A DNA stretch of 64,000 bases from Nitrospira sp. (GTDB lineage Bacteria > Nitrospirota > Nitrospiria > Nitrospirales > Nitrospiraceae), in contig AP038806.1 of NCBI GenBank assembly GCA_047150005.1, forward strand, positions 480,001 through 544,000. The letters run 5' to 3'. The stretch's first letter is position 1. Every line of letters begins with the position of its first letter. The notes under the pieces were generated by a model, which made no database searches, was not told where the DNA came from, and was given only the letters and a program-made list of their open reading frames with translations. Below are positions 40,236 through 52,417 of this stretch, in pieces. The position numbers and the translations under genes are program-made.

Positions 40236-41195
40236 TCAACCTTTCTCGACTTGGTGGCGTTCAGTGAACGCTTCGATCGCCTTCAGCACCTGATAGGCCA
40301 GTTCCAGCGCAAGCGCGCCGTCCTCGCCGGACACGACCGGACGGCCGCCGGTCCTGGCGGACTCGAGAAAGGACGCCAGTTGCAGCTTCAGCGGCTCCTC
40401 GTCCCCTCCTTGCATCTGCTCGACGACGATGGAAGGCCTGGGTCCTCCCTGCTGTTCCCGGCGGCACACCATACCCTGGCGCGTCTGGAAATCGATCGAT
40501 ACATAACTGTCGCGCTGAAAGACCCGGAACCGGCGCATCTTGTTGGTCGAGACCCGGCTGACGGTGAGGTTGGCGACGCAGCCGCCCTTGAACTGGATCC
40601 TGGCATTGGCGATGTCCACGGTGGACGACAGCACCGGCACCCCGGCCGCCCGCACTTCTTCCACGGGACCGGGGTTGAACGACAGGACCATGTCCAGGTC
40701 ATGGATCATCAGATCGAGCACCACGTCCACGTCGGTACCTCGATCACTGAAGCTGCTGAGCCGGTGACATTCGACGAAAGCGGGACGGCCGATGTGCGGC
40801 CGCATGACCTGCATGACGGGATTGAAGCGCTCGCTGTGCCCCACCTGCAGACAAAGGCCCCGCTGCTTGGCAAGCTGGACCAGATCCTGGGCCTCCGCCG
40901 ACGTCACGGCGATCGGTTTTTCCACCAGCACGTGCTTGCCCGCCGACAGACAGGCCTTGACCACCGCATGATGTGCCGAGGTCGGGACGGCCACGCTCAC
41001 GACGTCCACGTGAGACAGGAGTTCGCCGATGTCGGAAAAGACCCTGGTGCCCAGCTTGTCGGCGATGACCTTGGCCCGGTCGGGCGAGAGGTCCACGATG
41101 CCGGCCAGCTGTGAACCGGGAATCGCCGCATAGAGACGCGCGTGGTGCTGTCCCAAATGGCCCACGCCGATCACGCCGGCCCGCAAGGGGTTCAT
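40236..41195 (-). CDS. Gfo/Idh/MocA oxidoreductase, GnnA-like (UDP-GlcNAc 3-dehydrogenase)
   Basis: GVGHLG, VEKP, GHSERFN, DLMIHD motifs; position between lpxI and lpxB. Confidence 0.8.
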   Translation of the reverse strand: MNPLRAGVIGVGHLGQHHARLYAAIPGSQLAGIVDLSPDRAKVIADKLGTRVFSDIGELLSHVDVVSVAVPTSAHHAVVKACLSAGKHVLVEKPIAVTSAEAQDLVQLAKQRGLCLQVGHSERFNPVMQVMRPHIGRPAFVECHRLSSFSDRGTDVDVVLDLMIHDLDMVLSFNPGPVEEVRAAGVPVLSSTVDIANARIQFKGGCVANLTVSRVSTNKMRRFRVFQRDSYVSIDFQTRQGMVCRREQQGGPRPSIVVEQMQGGDEEPLKLQLASFLESARTGGRPVVSGEDGALALELAYQVLKAIEAFTERHQVEKG

Positions 41196-42055
41196 GTCGC
41201 CCGCTCGCCTCCGTTCACTCCCGCGGTCGCCAGTCCGACCACGGCGATGCGGGACTTCTGCGCCTGTTGCAACATCTGCTCGCGGTCCAGGAGGATCGTC
41301 CGGCCCGCTTCCACCGCCAGCACCGACGCTTTGACCGACGCCATCACCTCGATCGTCCGCGGACCGACGGCGGGCAGGTCAAATCGCAAGTCCTGCTGCG
41401 GCTTGCACCGCTTCACGACGACGGCCCCTTCCTTCGCCAGCTGTCCTCCGCGCCTGATCGCTTCGTCCGTTCCCTCGACCGCCTCGACCGCCACGACCAC
41501 CCGGTCCTTGATCACCACGCACTGGCCGATATCCAGAAGGCCGATCTCCTGGGCTACGTCCCACCCGTAGCGGATGTCCTCCCACTGTTTCGAGTCCGGT
41601 TCCCGCGTGGTCAGCGTGCCCTCTTCGGCCAGGATGCCGTCCAGCCCGAAGGTCGACTCGCAAATAGAAATCCCTTCCCGCTCGAGCTCCTTGGCGATTT
41701 CGCGCAGGATATCGTCGTCCTTCCAGAGGGCGAGTCGGGCGGCGAGCGCGAGGGCGCGGAAATCCGGCCGCACGGTCGTGAACACATGGGTCTTCTTGAT
41801 GCCGCCCAGCATGACCGCCTGCCGGACCTGGTCGCCCTGAAACGCCTTGATCAGTTTGTTGAGCTGCCCGATTTTGATCCAATGGATCCGGTCCACATGC
41901 TCGGCCAGCGCGGGATCCGTTTCGCCTTCGTGCGCGACCGCGGAGATCTGATAACCGAGCTTCCTGGCGTTGTCCGCGAAGATGATCGGAAAACGGCCGT
42001 TCCCGGCGATGAGTCCGAGGCGCTCGCCGTCCCGAAGCTCCGGCGTCTTGGTCAC
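41192..42055 (-). CDS. lpxI: UDP-2,3-diacylglucosamine pyrophosphatase
   Basis: GLIAGNGRFP, DIGQ, AVEAVEGTD, QDLRFDLP motifs. Confidence 0.92.
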   Translation of the reverse strand: MTKTPELRDGERLGLIAGNGRFPIIFADNARKLGYQISAVAHEGETDPALAEHVDRIHWIKIGQLNKLIKAFQGDQVRQAVMLGGIKKTHVFTTVRPDFRALALAARLALWKDDDILREIAKELEREGISICESTFGLDGILAEEGTLTTREPDSKQWEDIRYGWDVAQEIGLLDIGQCVVIKDRVVVAVEAVEGTDEAIRRGGQLAKEGAVVVKRCKPQQDLRFDLPAVGPRTIEVMASVKASVLAVEAGRTILLDREQMLQQAQKSRIAVVGLATAGVNGGERAT

Positions 42056-42861
42056 ATGTCCTCCGACTCTTGCTCGTGGACCACCGATCGGCAGATACCC
42101 CGCTTGGTGCCCTCGAGAAACGTCAGCACGGTCATGACGTCCGGCTGATCGTTGAACTCCGCCTTCGCGAGCTTCGCCGCTTCGGCGGTCCGATGGCCGG
42201 ACCGGAACAATAAGTCGTAGGCCCGCTTGAGCACGGCGATCCGGTCGGCCGAGAAGCCGTGCCGGCGGAGACCGACGGAGTTGAGCCCGTACATCCGCGC
42301 GCGATAGCCTCCCGCGGCCCGCATGAAGGGCGGCAAATCCTGCCCCAGGGCGCAACAGCCGCCCACCATCGAATAGGCCCCGATGCGTACATATTGATGG
42401 ATACCGCTCAGGCCGCCGATGATCGCATGGTCGCCGATGGTGATGTGGCCGGCTAAACTCGCCGCGTTGGCCAGAATGAGATGGCTGCCCAGATGGCAAT
42501 CGTGCGCCACGTGTACGTAGGCCATGAGAAAATTCTTGGAGCCGATGGTCGTCTCGCCGCCGCCCTGCATGGTCGCCCGGTTGACCGTGACGTATTCGCG
42601 GAGGATGTTGTCGTCTCCGAGGATGACCCGCGTCGGCTCCCCTTTGTACTGCAGGTGCTGCGGCGGGCCTCCGACCGAGACGAAGGGATGCAGCTCGCAG
42701 CGTTCGCCGATCTGCGTCCATCCTTCGACGCTGACATGGGAGAAAAGCGTCGTGCCTTTCCCGATGGTCACATGCTCGCCGACGACGCAGAAGGGGCCGA
42801 CGACCACGTCGTCGGCCAGTTTCGCCTTGGGATGAACGATGGCTTGTGGATGAATCTGCAC
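42052..42861 (-). CDS. lpxA: UDP-N-acetylglucosamine O-acyltransferase
   Basis: Hexapeptide repeats; PQHL, REYVT, HVAHDC motifs. Confidence 0.95.
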   Translation of the reverse strand: MQIHPQAIVHPKAKLADDVVVGPFCVVGEHVTIGKGTTLFSHVSVEGWTQIGERCELHPFVSVGGPPQHLQYKGEPTRVILGDDNILREYVTVNRATMQGGGETTIGSKNFLMAYVHVAHDCHLGSHLILANAASLAGHITIGDHAIIGGLSGIHQYVRIGAYSMVGGCCALGQDLPPFMRAAGGYRARMYGLNSVGLRRHGFSADRIAVLKRAYDLLFRSGHRTAEAAKLAKAEFNDQPDVMTVLTFLEGTKRGICRSVVHEQESEDM

Positions 42862-42950
42862 GCGCTACCTCCAGTCAACGTTGATCGTCACTCGTACATT
42901 CCTGATCACGCACGGGTTGAGCCCCGGCTCCCTGACGCACGTGGAACGAT

Positions 42951-43400
42951 TCACGTCGGCGCCTGCTCTTCGGTCACCATGGCGGTCACTTCCGCTTCGC
43001 ACACCAGCTCGGTCTCCACGAACGCCTTCCCCTGCATCTTCCAGAACGGCGCCCGTTTCTTCACCACGTCGATTTCGAACCGCAGCCGGTCGCCCGGCAC
43101 CACGGGCTTGCGGAACTTCGCTCCGTCCACCCCGGTGAGATACACCACGGGCCGCTTGCTCTGCCCCGTCGACTTGAACGCCAGCAGCCCGCCGACCTGG
43201 GCCATCGCCTCGAGGATCAGCACCCCCGGCATCACCGGCCGGCCGGGGAAGTGACCCTGGAAAAACGGCTCGTTGATCGTGACGTTCTTGATTCCCACGA
43301 TCCGACGATCCGGGTCCAGCTCCAACACCCGGTCGACCAGGAGAAACGGATACCGGTGCGGCAAGAGCGCTTGAATATCGGCCTGTTCCATCACGGACAT
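42951..43400 (-). CDS. fabZ: 3-hydroxyacyl-ACP dehydratase
   Basis: LPHRYPFLLVD, GHFP, PGVLILEAMAQ motifs. Confidence 0.96.
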   Translation of the reverse strand: MSVMEQADIQALLPHRYPFLLVDRVLELDPDRRIVGIKNVTINEPFFQGHFPGRPVMPGVLILEAMAQVGGLLAFKSTGQSKRPVVYLTGVDGAKFRKPVVPGDRLRFEIDVVKKRAPFWKMQGKAFVETELVCEAEVTAMVTEEQAPT

Positions 43401-43507
43401 CGTCGGACCCTCCATACCAAGCTTCGCTTGAGCCGCTCGCTTCGATCACATGCGAGCGGATAGTTATTTTGGGCGGGACCCGCCATTTCTACACAATCGC
43501 CTCATCT

Positions 43508-44041
43508 CTATTTATTCTGCTTGTCGAATTCCTTCACCACCTGATCGGTCAGGTCCAGCGCCGGCTGGTGATAGATGACGATCCGGATCGCCGCCTCGTT
43601 TCCCTTGTCGAGGATGGCGACATAGCCCTCGCGCTGCGCGACGACGCGCGCCGCGTCCTCGACTTTCTTGGCGTATTCGGCGACCGTCTCACGCTGCTTT
43701 TGCTGGATCTCCCGGTTGAAATCGGCCAGTCGTCGCTGGTAGGCCTCGATCTTCGCCTGGAATTGGCTCTGCTTCTCCTGCTTGGCCTGGTCGCTCAGGT
43801 TGGGATCCTGGATCGACTGTTCCAGCTCCTTCAACTCCTGATCGTCGGAATTGATGATCTTCTGCCGGGTCGCGGAATACGCCTTCAGCTCCTCCAGCGC
43901 TCGGTTGCCCGCTTTCGACTTTTCAACGACGGCTTGCTGGTCCATCACGGCCACCCGCAACGACTCGGCCGCCCAGACCGGTGCGGCCGCCGCCAGGGCC
44001 GCGACCATCACCGTCAATACTGTGCCCAATCCGGTGCTCAT
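43508..44041 (-). CDS. skp: OmpH/Skp periplasmic chaperone
   Basis: Signal peptide, VAVMD, coiled coil, DLTDQV; downstream of bamA. Confidence 0.88.
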   Translation of the reverse strand: MSTGLGTVLTVMVAALAAAAPVWAAESLRVAVMDQQAVVEKSKAGNRALEELKAYSATRQKIINSDDQELKELEQSIQDPNLSDQAKQEKQSQFQAKIEAYQRRLADFNREIQQKQRETVAEYAKKVEDAARVVAQREGYVAILDKGNEAAIRIVIYHQPALDLTDQVVKEFDKQNK

Positions 44042-44087
44042 GAAATACTCCTCCTCTTGATCGCCCGTCTCACCCTCGTCCCGCCGC

Positions 44088-44645
44088 TCACGGGTATACG
44101 CGGTTGAACTCTTCGATCACTTCGTTGGTGATATCCAGCTCCGGCTCCCCGTAAATGGCCGGCCCGCCCTTGCCCTTGTCGATCACAATCTGGAGGTCAT
44201 GCCGCTTCGCCACCTTGCCGACCACGATCTCCACCTTCTCGCGAAATCCGTCGAGCACATCCTTCTGCTTTTCCTGGACCTCGCGGTTGAGCTCCCCGGC
44301 CTTTTGCTGATACTCGGCCATGCGCCGCCGGAAAATCTGCTCTCGCTCGTTCTTGGCGGCCGGACTCAGCACGCTCGCCTGCTTGATGAAGTCCTCTTCC
44401 ATCCGCCGGAGTTCCTTTTCCTCGATCTCGATCAGCGCCTGGCGGCTCTTGGAAAAGGTGGTCAGCGTGTCCTTGGCCTTCTTGCCGGCGTTCGAATCGT
44501 TGAGCAGCTTGGTCGGATCGACGAGGCCGATTCGTCCTTCGATCTTCGTGCTGGCGCAGCCGGCAATCGAGCCGATGGAGACGGCCAGGCAGAGCAGCCA
44601 CGCCGCCTGTACTCGGCAAAGTCTGTGCGGGAGGATAGTAGACAT
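44088..44645 (-). CDS. skp: Second OmpH/Skp paralog (possible lipoprotein, IAGC)
   Basis: IGLVD, coiled coil, DITNEV motifs. Confidence 0.85.
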   Translation of the reverse strand: MSTILPHRLCRVQAAWLLCLAVSIGSIAGCASTKIEGRIGLVDPTKLLNDSNAGKKAKDTLTTFSKSRQALIEIEEKELRRMEEDFIKQASVLSPAAKNEREQIFRRRMAEYQQKAGELNREVQEKQKDVLDGFREKVEIVVGKVAKRHDLQIVIDKGKGGPAIYGEPELDITNEVIEEFNRVYP

Positions 44646-44664
44646 GTCACGTGTTCCTTTTTAC

Positions 44665-47097
44665 CTAGAAGAGAGAGCCGATGGTGAACTCAAACACTCC
44701 CTTACGCTCGCCCGGCCTGGGATCGAGGTTGATACCGTAGGCCGCGCGTAGCGGGCCGAACGGCGAGATCCACCGCCCTTCGAGGCCCGCGGCCGGCCGA
44801 AGATCGAACGACACCTGTTCGCCGTCGTTAAAACCCTTTCCATAGTCGAAGAAAATGACGCCGTTCAGCTTGGCGTCCGACGAGATCGTGAAAATGAAGT
44901 CGTTGTTGAAAATCAGCTCCCGAGCGGCGCCCAACAGCGATCCGCTTTCGGTCACGGGTCCCGCCCGGCCGAACACGAAACCGCGCATCGTGTTGATGCC
45001 TCCGACGAAGAACCGCTCCGTCAACGGAATCGGCTTGCCGTTGAGCCCCTCGGCGGCGCCGTACCGCACGCGGAAGGCGAATCGCGTGTCCATGGGCAAC
45101 GGGGTGTATTTAATCACATCCAAGTAGTACTTGATGAAATTGTTGGTGCCGCCCAGGTACGGCGTACCCAGGTCGAAGCCGACGCTCGTGCGCCATCCGG
45201 TCCGCGGATCGAGATAATAGTCCCGGGTATCCCGCGCGAGAGAGGTGCGGAACCCCGTCGTGCTCTGGGTGCCCAACTGCTGCAGGACCAGTTCAGGGGC
45301 GCCGGCGATCGGATCGCTGAAGTTGAGCTGCTCCGCCACGAGGCTGAAGCTCCCGGTGACGTACTCCGAGAGCCACCGGCCGAACGTGATGCTCGCGCCG
45401 GTCTTTCGCTCGAAATAGGTGATGTAGTTCGTCTGGCTCCGGAAGAGGTCCAGTTGCATGGACGTGAGCGAATCGTTCAGGTACGGGTTCCGGAACGTGA
45501 TCAGACCGAGGGTACGCTGCTGGCCGAGTTGGCCGCGGATCCGGCCCATCCAGCCGTTGCCGCCCAGGTTGCCTTCCGTGATGTCGGCGATGGCCACGAG
45601 CCGGTCCAAGGTGCTGAACCCGCCGCCGACGCTGAACTGCCCGGTCGCCTTCTCCTTGACCCGCACGTTGAGGTCCACCTTGTCCGCGTCCACCTGCTGA
45701 GGCAGGATTTCGACGGTCTCGAAGAAGTTGAGGTTGTTCAGCCGCTGGAAGCTGCGCTTGAGGGACGGCGTGTCGATGACGTCCTGCTCATCCACGCGCA
45801 ACTCGCGCCGGATGACGTTGTCCTTGGTCTTCTCGTTGCCGTTGATGTTGATCTGCCGGATCCGCATCATCTCGCCTTCCCTGATGTTCAGGGTGATGAC
45901 GGCGGTCCGCTCCTCCGGATTGGGGGTGACGTTGGGCACGACGTCGGCGAAGGCGTAGCCCTTGCTGCCGTACAGGTCGGTCAGCCGGCTGATCTCGTCT
46001 CGGATTTTTTGGCGCTGGAAAATTTCCCCTTCTTTGATCTTCAGCTTCTCGCGCAGCTCCGGCTCCTCGAACACCGTGTTGCCGCGGAACCCGACTTCGG
46101 CCACCGTGAACGGTTCCCCTTCAACGATGGGATAGGTCACGGTGAACCATTTTTTGTCCTCGCTCAGATCGACCGCCGGCAGGCCGACCTGGGCGTTGAG
46201 ATAGCCGCGGTTGAGCAGGATTTCCTTGATGCGCTCGACGTCGTTGTTCATTTCCTCGCGCTTCAGCACCCCGGCGTCGGAGAGAAAGGACGGCAGCTTG
46301 AGCTGGGTGACCAGGCCGTACCAGGGCACCCATTCCCGGGTCGCCATCACCTTGAACATGTCGTCCTTGGTCGCTGAGCGCAGCCCTTCGAAGTTCACCG
46401 TCTTCACCTTGGCCTTCTCGCCCTCCTTGACGAAGAACGTCAGCCGCTTGCGGTCTTCGTCGAGAGTCTGCACGATGGGGATGACTTGGCAATCGAAGAA
46501 GCCGTCTTCCTGGTACGCCAAGCGGACCTTCTCGGCGCTCTCCTTGGCCTGCTGCTGGTCGAGGAACGCCTGGCTCTTGATGGTGACCTTTTCTTTCAGC
46601 TTGTCGTCGCTCAGCTCCTCGTTACCGTCGAAGACGATCTCCGTGATGAACGGTTTCTCGCGCACCAGAAACGTGAGTCCGATGCCGTCCGCCGCGGATT
46701 CCGTCTCGACCTGCACGTCCTCGAAGTAGCCGGTATCGTACAGAATCTTGATCTGGCCGCGGACGTTCTCCGGCGTATAGGGGTCGCCCGCTTTCAGCGT
46801 GAGCCGCCCGGCGATGGCCTGCAGCTCGATCTTCTTGTTTCCGCGGACGTCGATCGAGGTGACTTTGACCCCGTTCGACTGCGCCAGAGCTTCGACCGCC
46901 AGCGCGACGCCGCACAGCAGAGTAATCAGCACGACCAGGAGCCAGGATGAATCGGCTGCGAGCCCCTCCCTCACTGATGTGATGCTCCATGCATAGACGA
47001 CCGACGCGATCAGCGCACACTCCACCGGGCTCGCACGTGAAACGGCAACCTGTGTCGGGGCTTCCGTCGCAGGCAACGTAGATCCGGATCGATCCAT
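44665..47097 (-). CDS. bamA: Outer membrane protein assembly factor (start uncertain)
   Basis: POTRA repeats, MRGF motif, terminal F. Confidence 0.95.
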   Translation of the reverse strand: MDRSGSTLPATEAPTQVAVSRASPVECALIASVVYAWSITSVREGLAADSSWLLVVLITLLCGVALAVEALAQSNGVKVTSIDVRGNKKIELQAIAGRLTLKAGDPYTPENVRGQIKILYDTGYFEDVQVETESAADGIGLTFLVREKPFITEIVFDGNEELSDDKLKEKVTIKSQAFLDQQQAKESAEKVRLAYQEDGFFDCQVIPIVQTLDEDRKRLTFFVKEGEKAKVKTVNFEGLRSATKDDMFKVMATREWVPWYGLVTQLKLPSFLSDAGVLKREEMNNDVERIKEILLNRGYLNAQVGLPAVDLSEDKKWFTVTYPIVEGEPFTVAEVGFRGNTVFEEPELREKLKIKEGEIFQRQKIRDEISRLTDLYGSKGYAFADVVPNVTPNPEERTAVITLNIREGEMMRIRQININGNEKTKDNVIRRELRVDEQDVIDTPSLKRSFQRLNNLNFFETVEILPQQVDADKVDLNVRVKEKATGQFSVGGGFSTLDRLVAIADITEGNLGGNGWMGRIRGQLGQQRTLGLITFRNPYLNDSLTSMQLDLFRSQTNYITYFERKTGASITFGRWLSEYVTGSFSLVAEQLNFSDPIAGAPELVLQQLGTQSTTGFRTSLARDTRDYYLDPRTGWRTSVGFDLGTPYLGGTNNFIKYYLDVIKYTPLPMDTRFAFRVRYGAAEGLNGKPIPLTERFFVGGINTMRGFVFGRAGPVTESGSLLGAARELIFNNDFIFTISSDAKLNGVIFFDYGKGFNDGEQVSFDLRPAAGLEGRWISPFGPLRAAYGINLDPRPGERKGVFEFTIGSLF

Positions 47098-47188
47098 TGC
47101 TGACGGCGGCCATGAAGGTAATTGACGTGAGAAGCCGATGCGCTCGGCGCAGACGCACCCTCACGAACGTTCCACGCAAAACTGATGG

Positions 47189-47217
47189 ATTATATGAAGC
47201 AAGTATTTCAATGTAAA
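47189..47217 (-). promoter_or_regulatory. Sigma70-type promoter of the bamA/lpx operon
   Basis: TTTACA-17 nt-TATAAT on the minus strand. Confidence 0.65.
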
Positions 47218-47273
47218 GCGGTTTGGGCCGGTCGGCTCGTCGCCGCGCGCGGCTCGCGGCGATGATGCATTTC

Positions 47274-47302
47274 TTGACTTCACCTACCCCATCACATACT
47301 AT
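47274..47302 (+). promoter_or_regulatory. Sigma70-type promoter of galU (probably leaderless)
   Basis: TTGACT-17 nt-TACTAT, with the ATG starting 7 nt after the -10. Confidence 0.65.
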
Positions 47303-47308
47303 CAGCGC

Positions 47309-48220
47309 ATGTCTCGCTCGAACGTCCGCAAGGCCATCATTCCCGCCGCCGGAATGGGTACCAGGTTCCTCCCCGCCACCAAGGCATCGCCCAAGGAAAT
47401 GTTGCCGCTAGTCGACAAGCCGCTGATCCAGTACGCGGTGGAAGAGGCCGTCGCCTCCGGCATCGAAGACATCATCGTGGTGACGGGCCGGGGCAAGCGG
47501 GCCATCGAAGACCATTTCGACCGGTCGGTTGAATTGGAAGAAAATCTCAAGGGCAACGGCAAAGCCCAGCTGCTCAGCCAGATGCGGCACATCTCCAATC
47601 TGGCCAATTTCTGCTACGTCCGGCAATCCGAAGCGCTCGGCTTGGGGCACGCGGTGCTCTGCGCCCAACGGCTGATCGGCGACGAGCCGTTCGCCGTCAT
47701 CCTCGGCGACGAGATCATCGATGCCCAAGTGCCGGGGCTGGCCCAGCTCATCCATACCTACAAGCGCCGGAACGGCGCGGTGCTTGGCGTCCAGGAGGTC
47801 CCCCATCAGGAAGTGAACCGCTACGGCATCGTGTCTCCGGGGAAGCTCGGAAGCGGACTGCACCGGGTGCTTGACGTGGTCGAGAAGCCGTCGCCTTCGG
47901 ACGCGCCGTCGAATCTCGCGGTCATCGGCCGGTACGTGCTGCCTCCGGACGTGTTTCCGATCCTGCGAAAGACCAGACCCGGCAAGAACGGCGAGATCCA
48001 GCTCACGGACGCCTTGAAGGAGCTGGCGCGCGCCCACCCGATGTACGCCTTGGAGGTCCAAGGGCAACGGTACGACGCCGGCGACAAGCTGGGATTCCTC
48101 ATCGCGACGGTGGAGTTCGCGCTGAAGAACCCCGCACTGGGTTCGGAATTCGCTGACTACCTTCACGCACGGATGACGCCCCAGAAGGGACAGCGCCGAC
48201 CCCGCGCCCACAAGGCCTGA
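47309..48220 (+). CDS. galU: UTP-glucose-1-phosphate uridylyltransferase
   Basis: AAGMGTRFLPATKASPKEMLP, VEKP, GEIQLTD motifs. Confidence 0.96.
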   Translation: MSRSNVRKAIIPAAGMGTRFLPATKASPKEMLPLVDKPLIQYAVEEAVASGIEDIIVVTGRGKRAIEDHFDRSVELEENLKGNGKAQLLSQMRHISNLANFCYVRQSEALGLGHAVLCAQRLIGDEPFAVILGDEIIDAQVPGLAQLIHTYKRRNGAVLGVQEVPHQEVNRYGIVSPGKLGSGLHRVLDVVEKPSPSDAPSNLAVIGRYVLPPDVFPILRKTRPGKNGEIQLTDALKELARAHPMYALEVQGQRYDAGDKLGFLIATVEFALKNPALGSEFADYLHARMTPQKGQRRPRAHKA

Positions 48221-48292
48221 CCGCGCCGCCGATTGCTTCACCAGACCTGAGCTACCAGAGTCGAGAGCGCACGGCACCATGAGATCACATCC

Positions 48293-50800
<2,508 letters not shown>

Positions 50801-50801
50801 C

Positions 50802-51866
50802 ATGGCGGCCCGGCACAAGGCACGCGCTTCGCTCCGTGAGTTCGACTTGATCCGCTCGCTCCGCCGGCTCTGTGCAGGCCGTGATGCGTCGCTCCGGCGC
50901 GGCATCGGGGACGACACGGCCGTGACGGCCGGTCCTCCCGGCCGCGACCTGCTGCTGACGACCGACCTGCTCGCCGACGGGGTGCACTTCGATCGACGGA
51001 CGGCCGCCTTCTTCGACATCGGCTTCCGCAGCGCCGCGGCGAATTTGAGCGACATCGCGGCGATGGGCGGCGCACCGAAGTATCTGCTGATCGCCTTGGC
51101 CATCCCCGACGGCGCGACCGGTCGCCAGGTGCGCGAGCTGTATCGAGGCATGATGGCGGCCTGCCGGCCGCACCATGTCCTGGTGATCGGGGGAGACACC
51201 TCCGCTTCGACCGGCGGCTGGTTCATCGGCGTGACCGCCGTCGGGACCGTGGAACGGGGACGGGCGCTACTGCGCAGCGGCGCGAGGGTGGGCGACGCAA
51301 TCTATGTCACCGGCACGCTCGGAGATTCGCTGGCCGGCCTGGCATTGGCAAACGAGCGCCTCCGTCCGATTGGACAGCGCCACCAGACCAACACCTTATC
51401 CTCTCGCCATCGGCGGTTTCTGCTCAAGCGGCATCTGCGGCCGGACGCCAGCGTGGCTGCCGGCCGGTGGCTGGTCCGGGAGCGGCTCGCGAGTTCGGCC
51501 ATCGACTTGTCGGACGGTCTTTCAGGCGACATCCGGCATCTCTGTGAAGAAAGCCGGGTGGGCGCTGAAATCGACACGGCCTCGCTCCCCTTGTCGCAGG
51601 CTGGTCTGGCCTATGCGGAAGCGACCGGGTCGGATCCGATCCGGATGGCGCTCACCGGGGGCGAAGACTACGAACTCTTGTTCACGACGCCGAGTCGGCT
51701 GTGCGGGCGGCTCGAACGAACGGCGCGGCGAAAGGGATTCCACCTGACGAAGATCGGAACGATCAGGCCGGCGCGCTTCGGCATTCGGGCTCGGTCGGCC
51801 GAGGGCCTGCGGCCGCTCCCGGTCACGAGCTACCGGCACTTTCAATTACCGCGCGGAGAATCCTGA
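50802..51866 (+). CDS. thiL: Thiamine-monophosphate kinase
   Basis: EFDLI, GIGDD, NLSDIAAMG, GGDT, DLSDG, GGEDYEL motifs. Confidence 0.95.
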   Translation: MAARHKARASLREFDLIRSLRRLCAGRDASLRRGIGDDTAVTAGPPGRDLLLTTDLLADGVHFDRRTAAFFDIGFRSAAANLSDIAAMGGAPKYLLIALAIPDGATGRQVRELYRGMMAACRPHHVLVIGGDTSASTGGWFIGVTAVGTVERGRALLRSGARVGDAIYVTGTLGDSLAGLALANERLRPIGQRHQTNTLSSRHRRFLLKRHLRPDASVAAGRWLVRERLASSAIDLSDGLSGDIRHLCEESRVGAEIDTASLPLSQAGLAYAEATGSDPIRMALTGGEDYELLFTTPSRLCGRLERTARRKGFHLTKIGTIRPARFGIRARSAEGLRPLPVTSYRHFQLPRGES

Positions 51867-51871
51867 GATCC

Positions 51872-52402
51872 ATGGCACGCTTCCGCTCGCTTTTGCGCCA
51901 AATCCTTCACCTGCAGGAATCCCCCGAGCGCACCGCCGTGGCCTTCGCCATCGGCGTCGCCATCGCCTTCTGCCCGCTCTACGGCCTGCACACGGCACTG
52001 GTCATCTTCTGTACCTGGGCCTTCGGACTGAATTTCGTCGCGCTGATGGCCGGCGCGCTGATCAACAATCCCTGGACGATTGTGCCGGTCCTCGGTGCCA
52101 CCTACTGGACCGGCGCGATGATCCTGGGCCGGACGGAGGTGCCCACCTTCGATTGGCACGACTTGAGCTTCATGGCGGTCTATCAACAAGTCATGCCCTA
52201 TGCCGTTCCCTTCGTGCTCGGAGGGACCATCCTGAGCCTGATCGGGGCGCTGCTTGCCTACCCGCTCGCCTACTATCTGATCAGCAAGTATCGCCGGCCA
52301 GGCCACGGACCGATGCACCAGCCCATCCAGCATGCGGCCGCTCAAGCGCCGCTGAGCGCGTCAGGCCGCGAGGCATTGCCGCCCCGCGATCCGCTGGGCT
52401 AA
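51872..52402 (+). CDS. DUF2062-family membrane protein
   Basis: SPERTAVAFAIG, PLYGLHT, INNPWT motifs; TM segments. Confidence 0.8.
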   Translation: MARFRSLLRQILHLQESPERTAVAFAIGVAIAFCPLYGLHTALVIFCTWAFGLNFVALMAGALINNPWTIVPVLGATYWTGAMILGRTEVPTFDWHDLSFMAVYQQVMPYAVPFVLGGTILSLIGALLAYPLAYYLISKYRRPGHGPMHQPIQHAAAQAPLSASGREALPPRDPLG

Positions 52403-52417
52403 GATGACAGCGTCCCT

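Noticed and set aside
43433..43459. Hairpin CCGCTCGC...GCGAGCGG between skp and fabZ, sharing GCGAGCG with the CRISPR leader
   Set aside because: A 7-mer in high-GC DNA is expected by chance; no U-tract, so not called a terminator.
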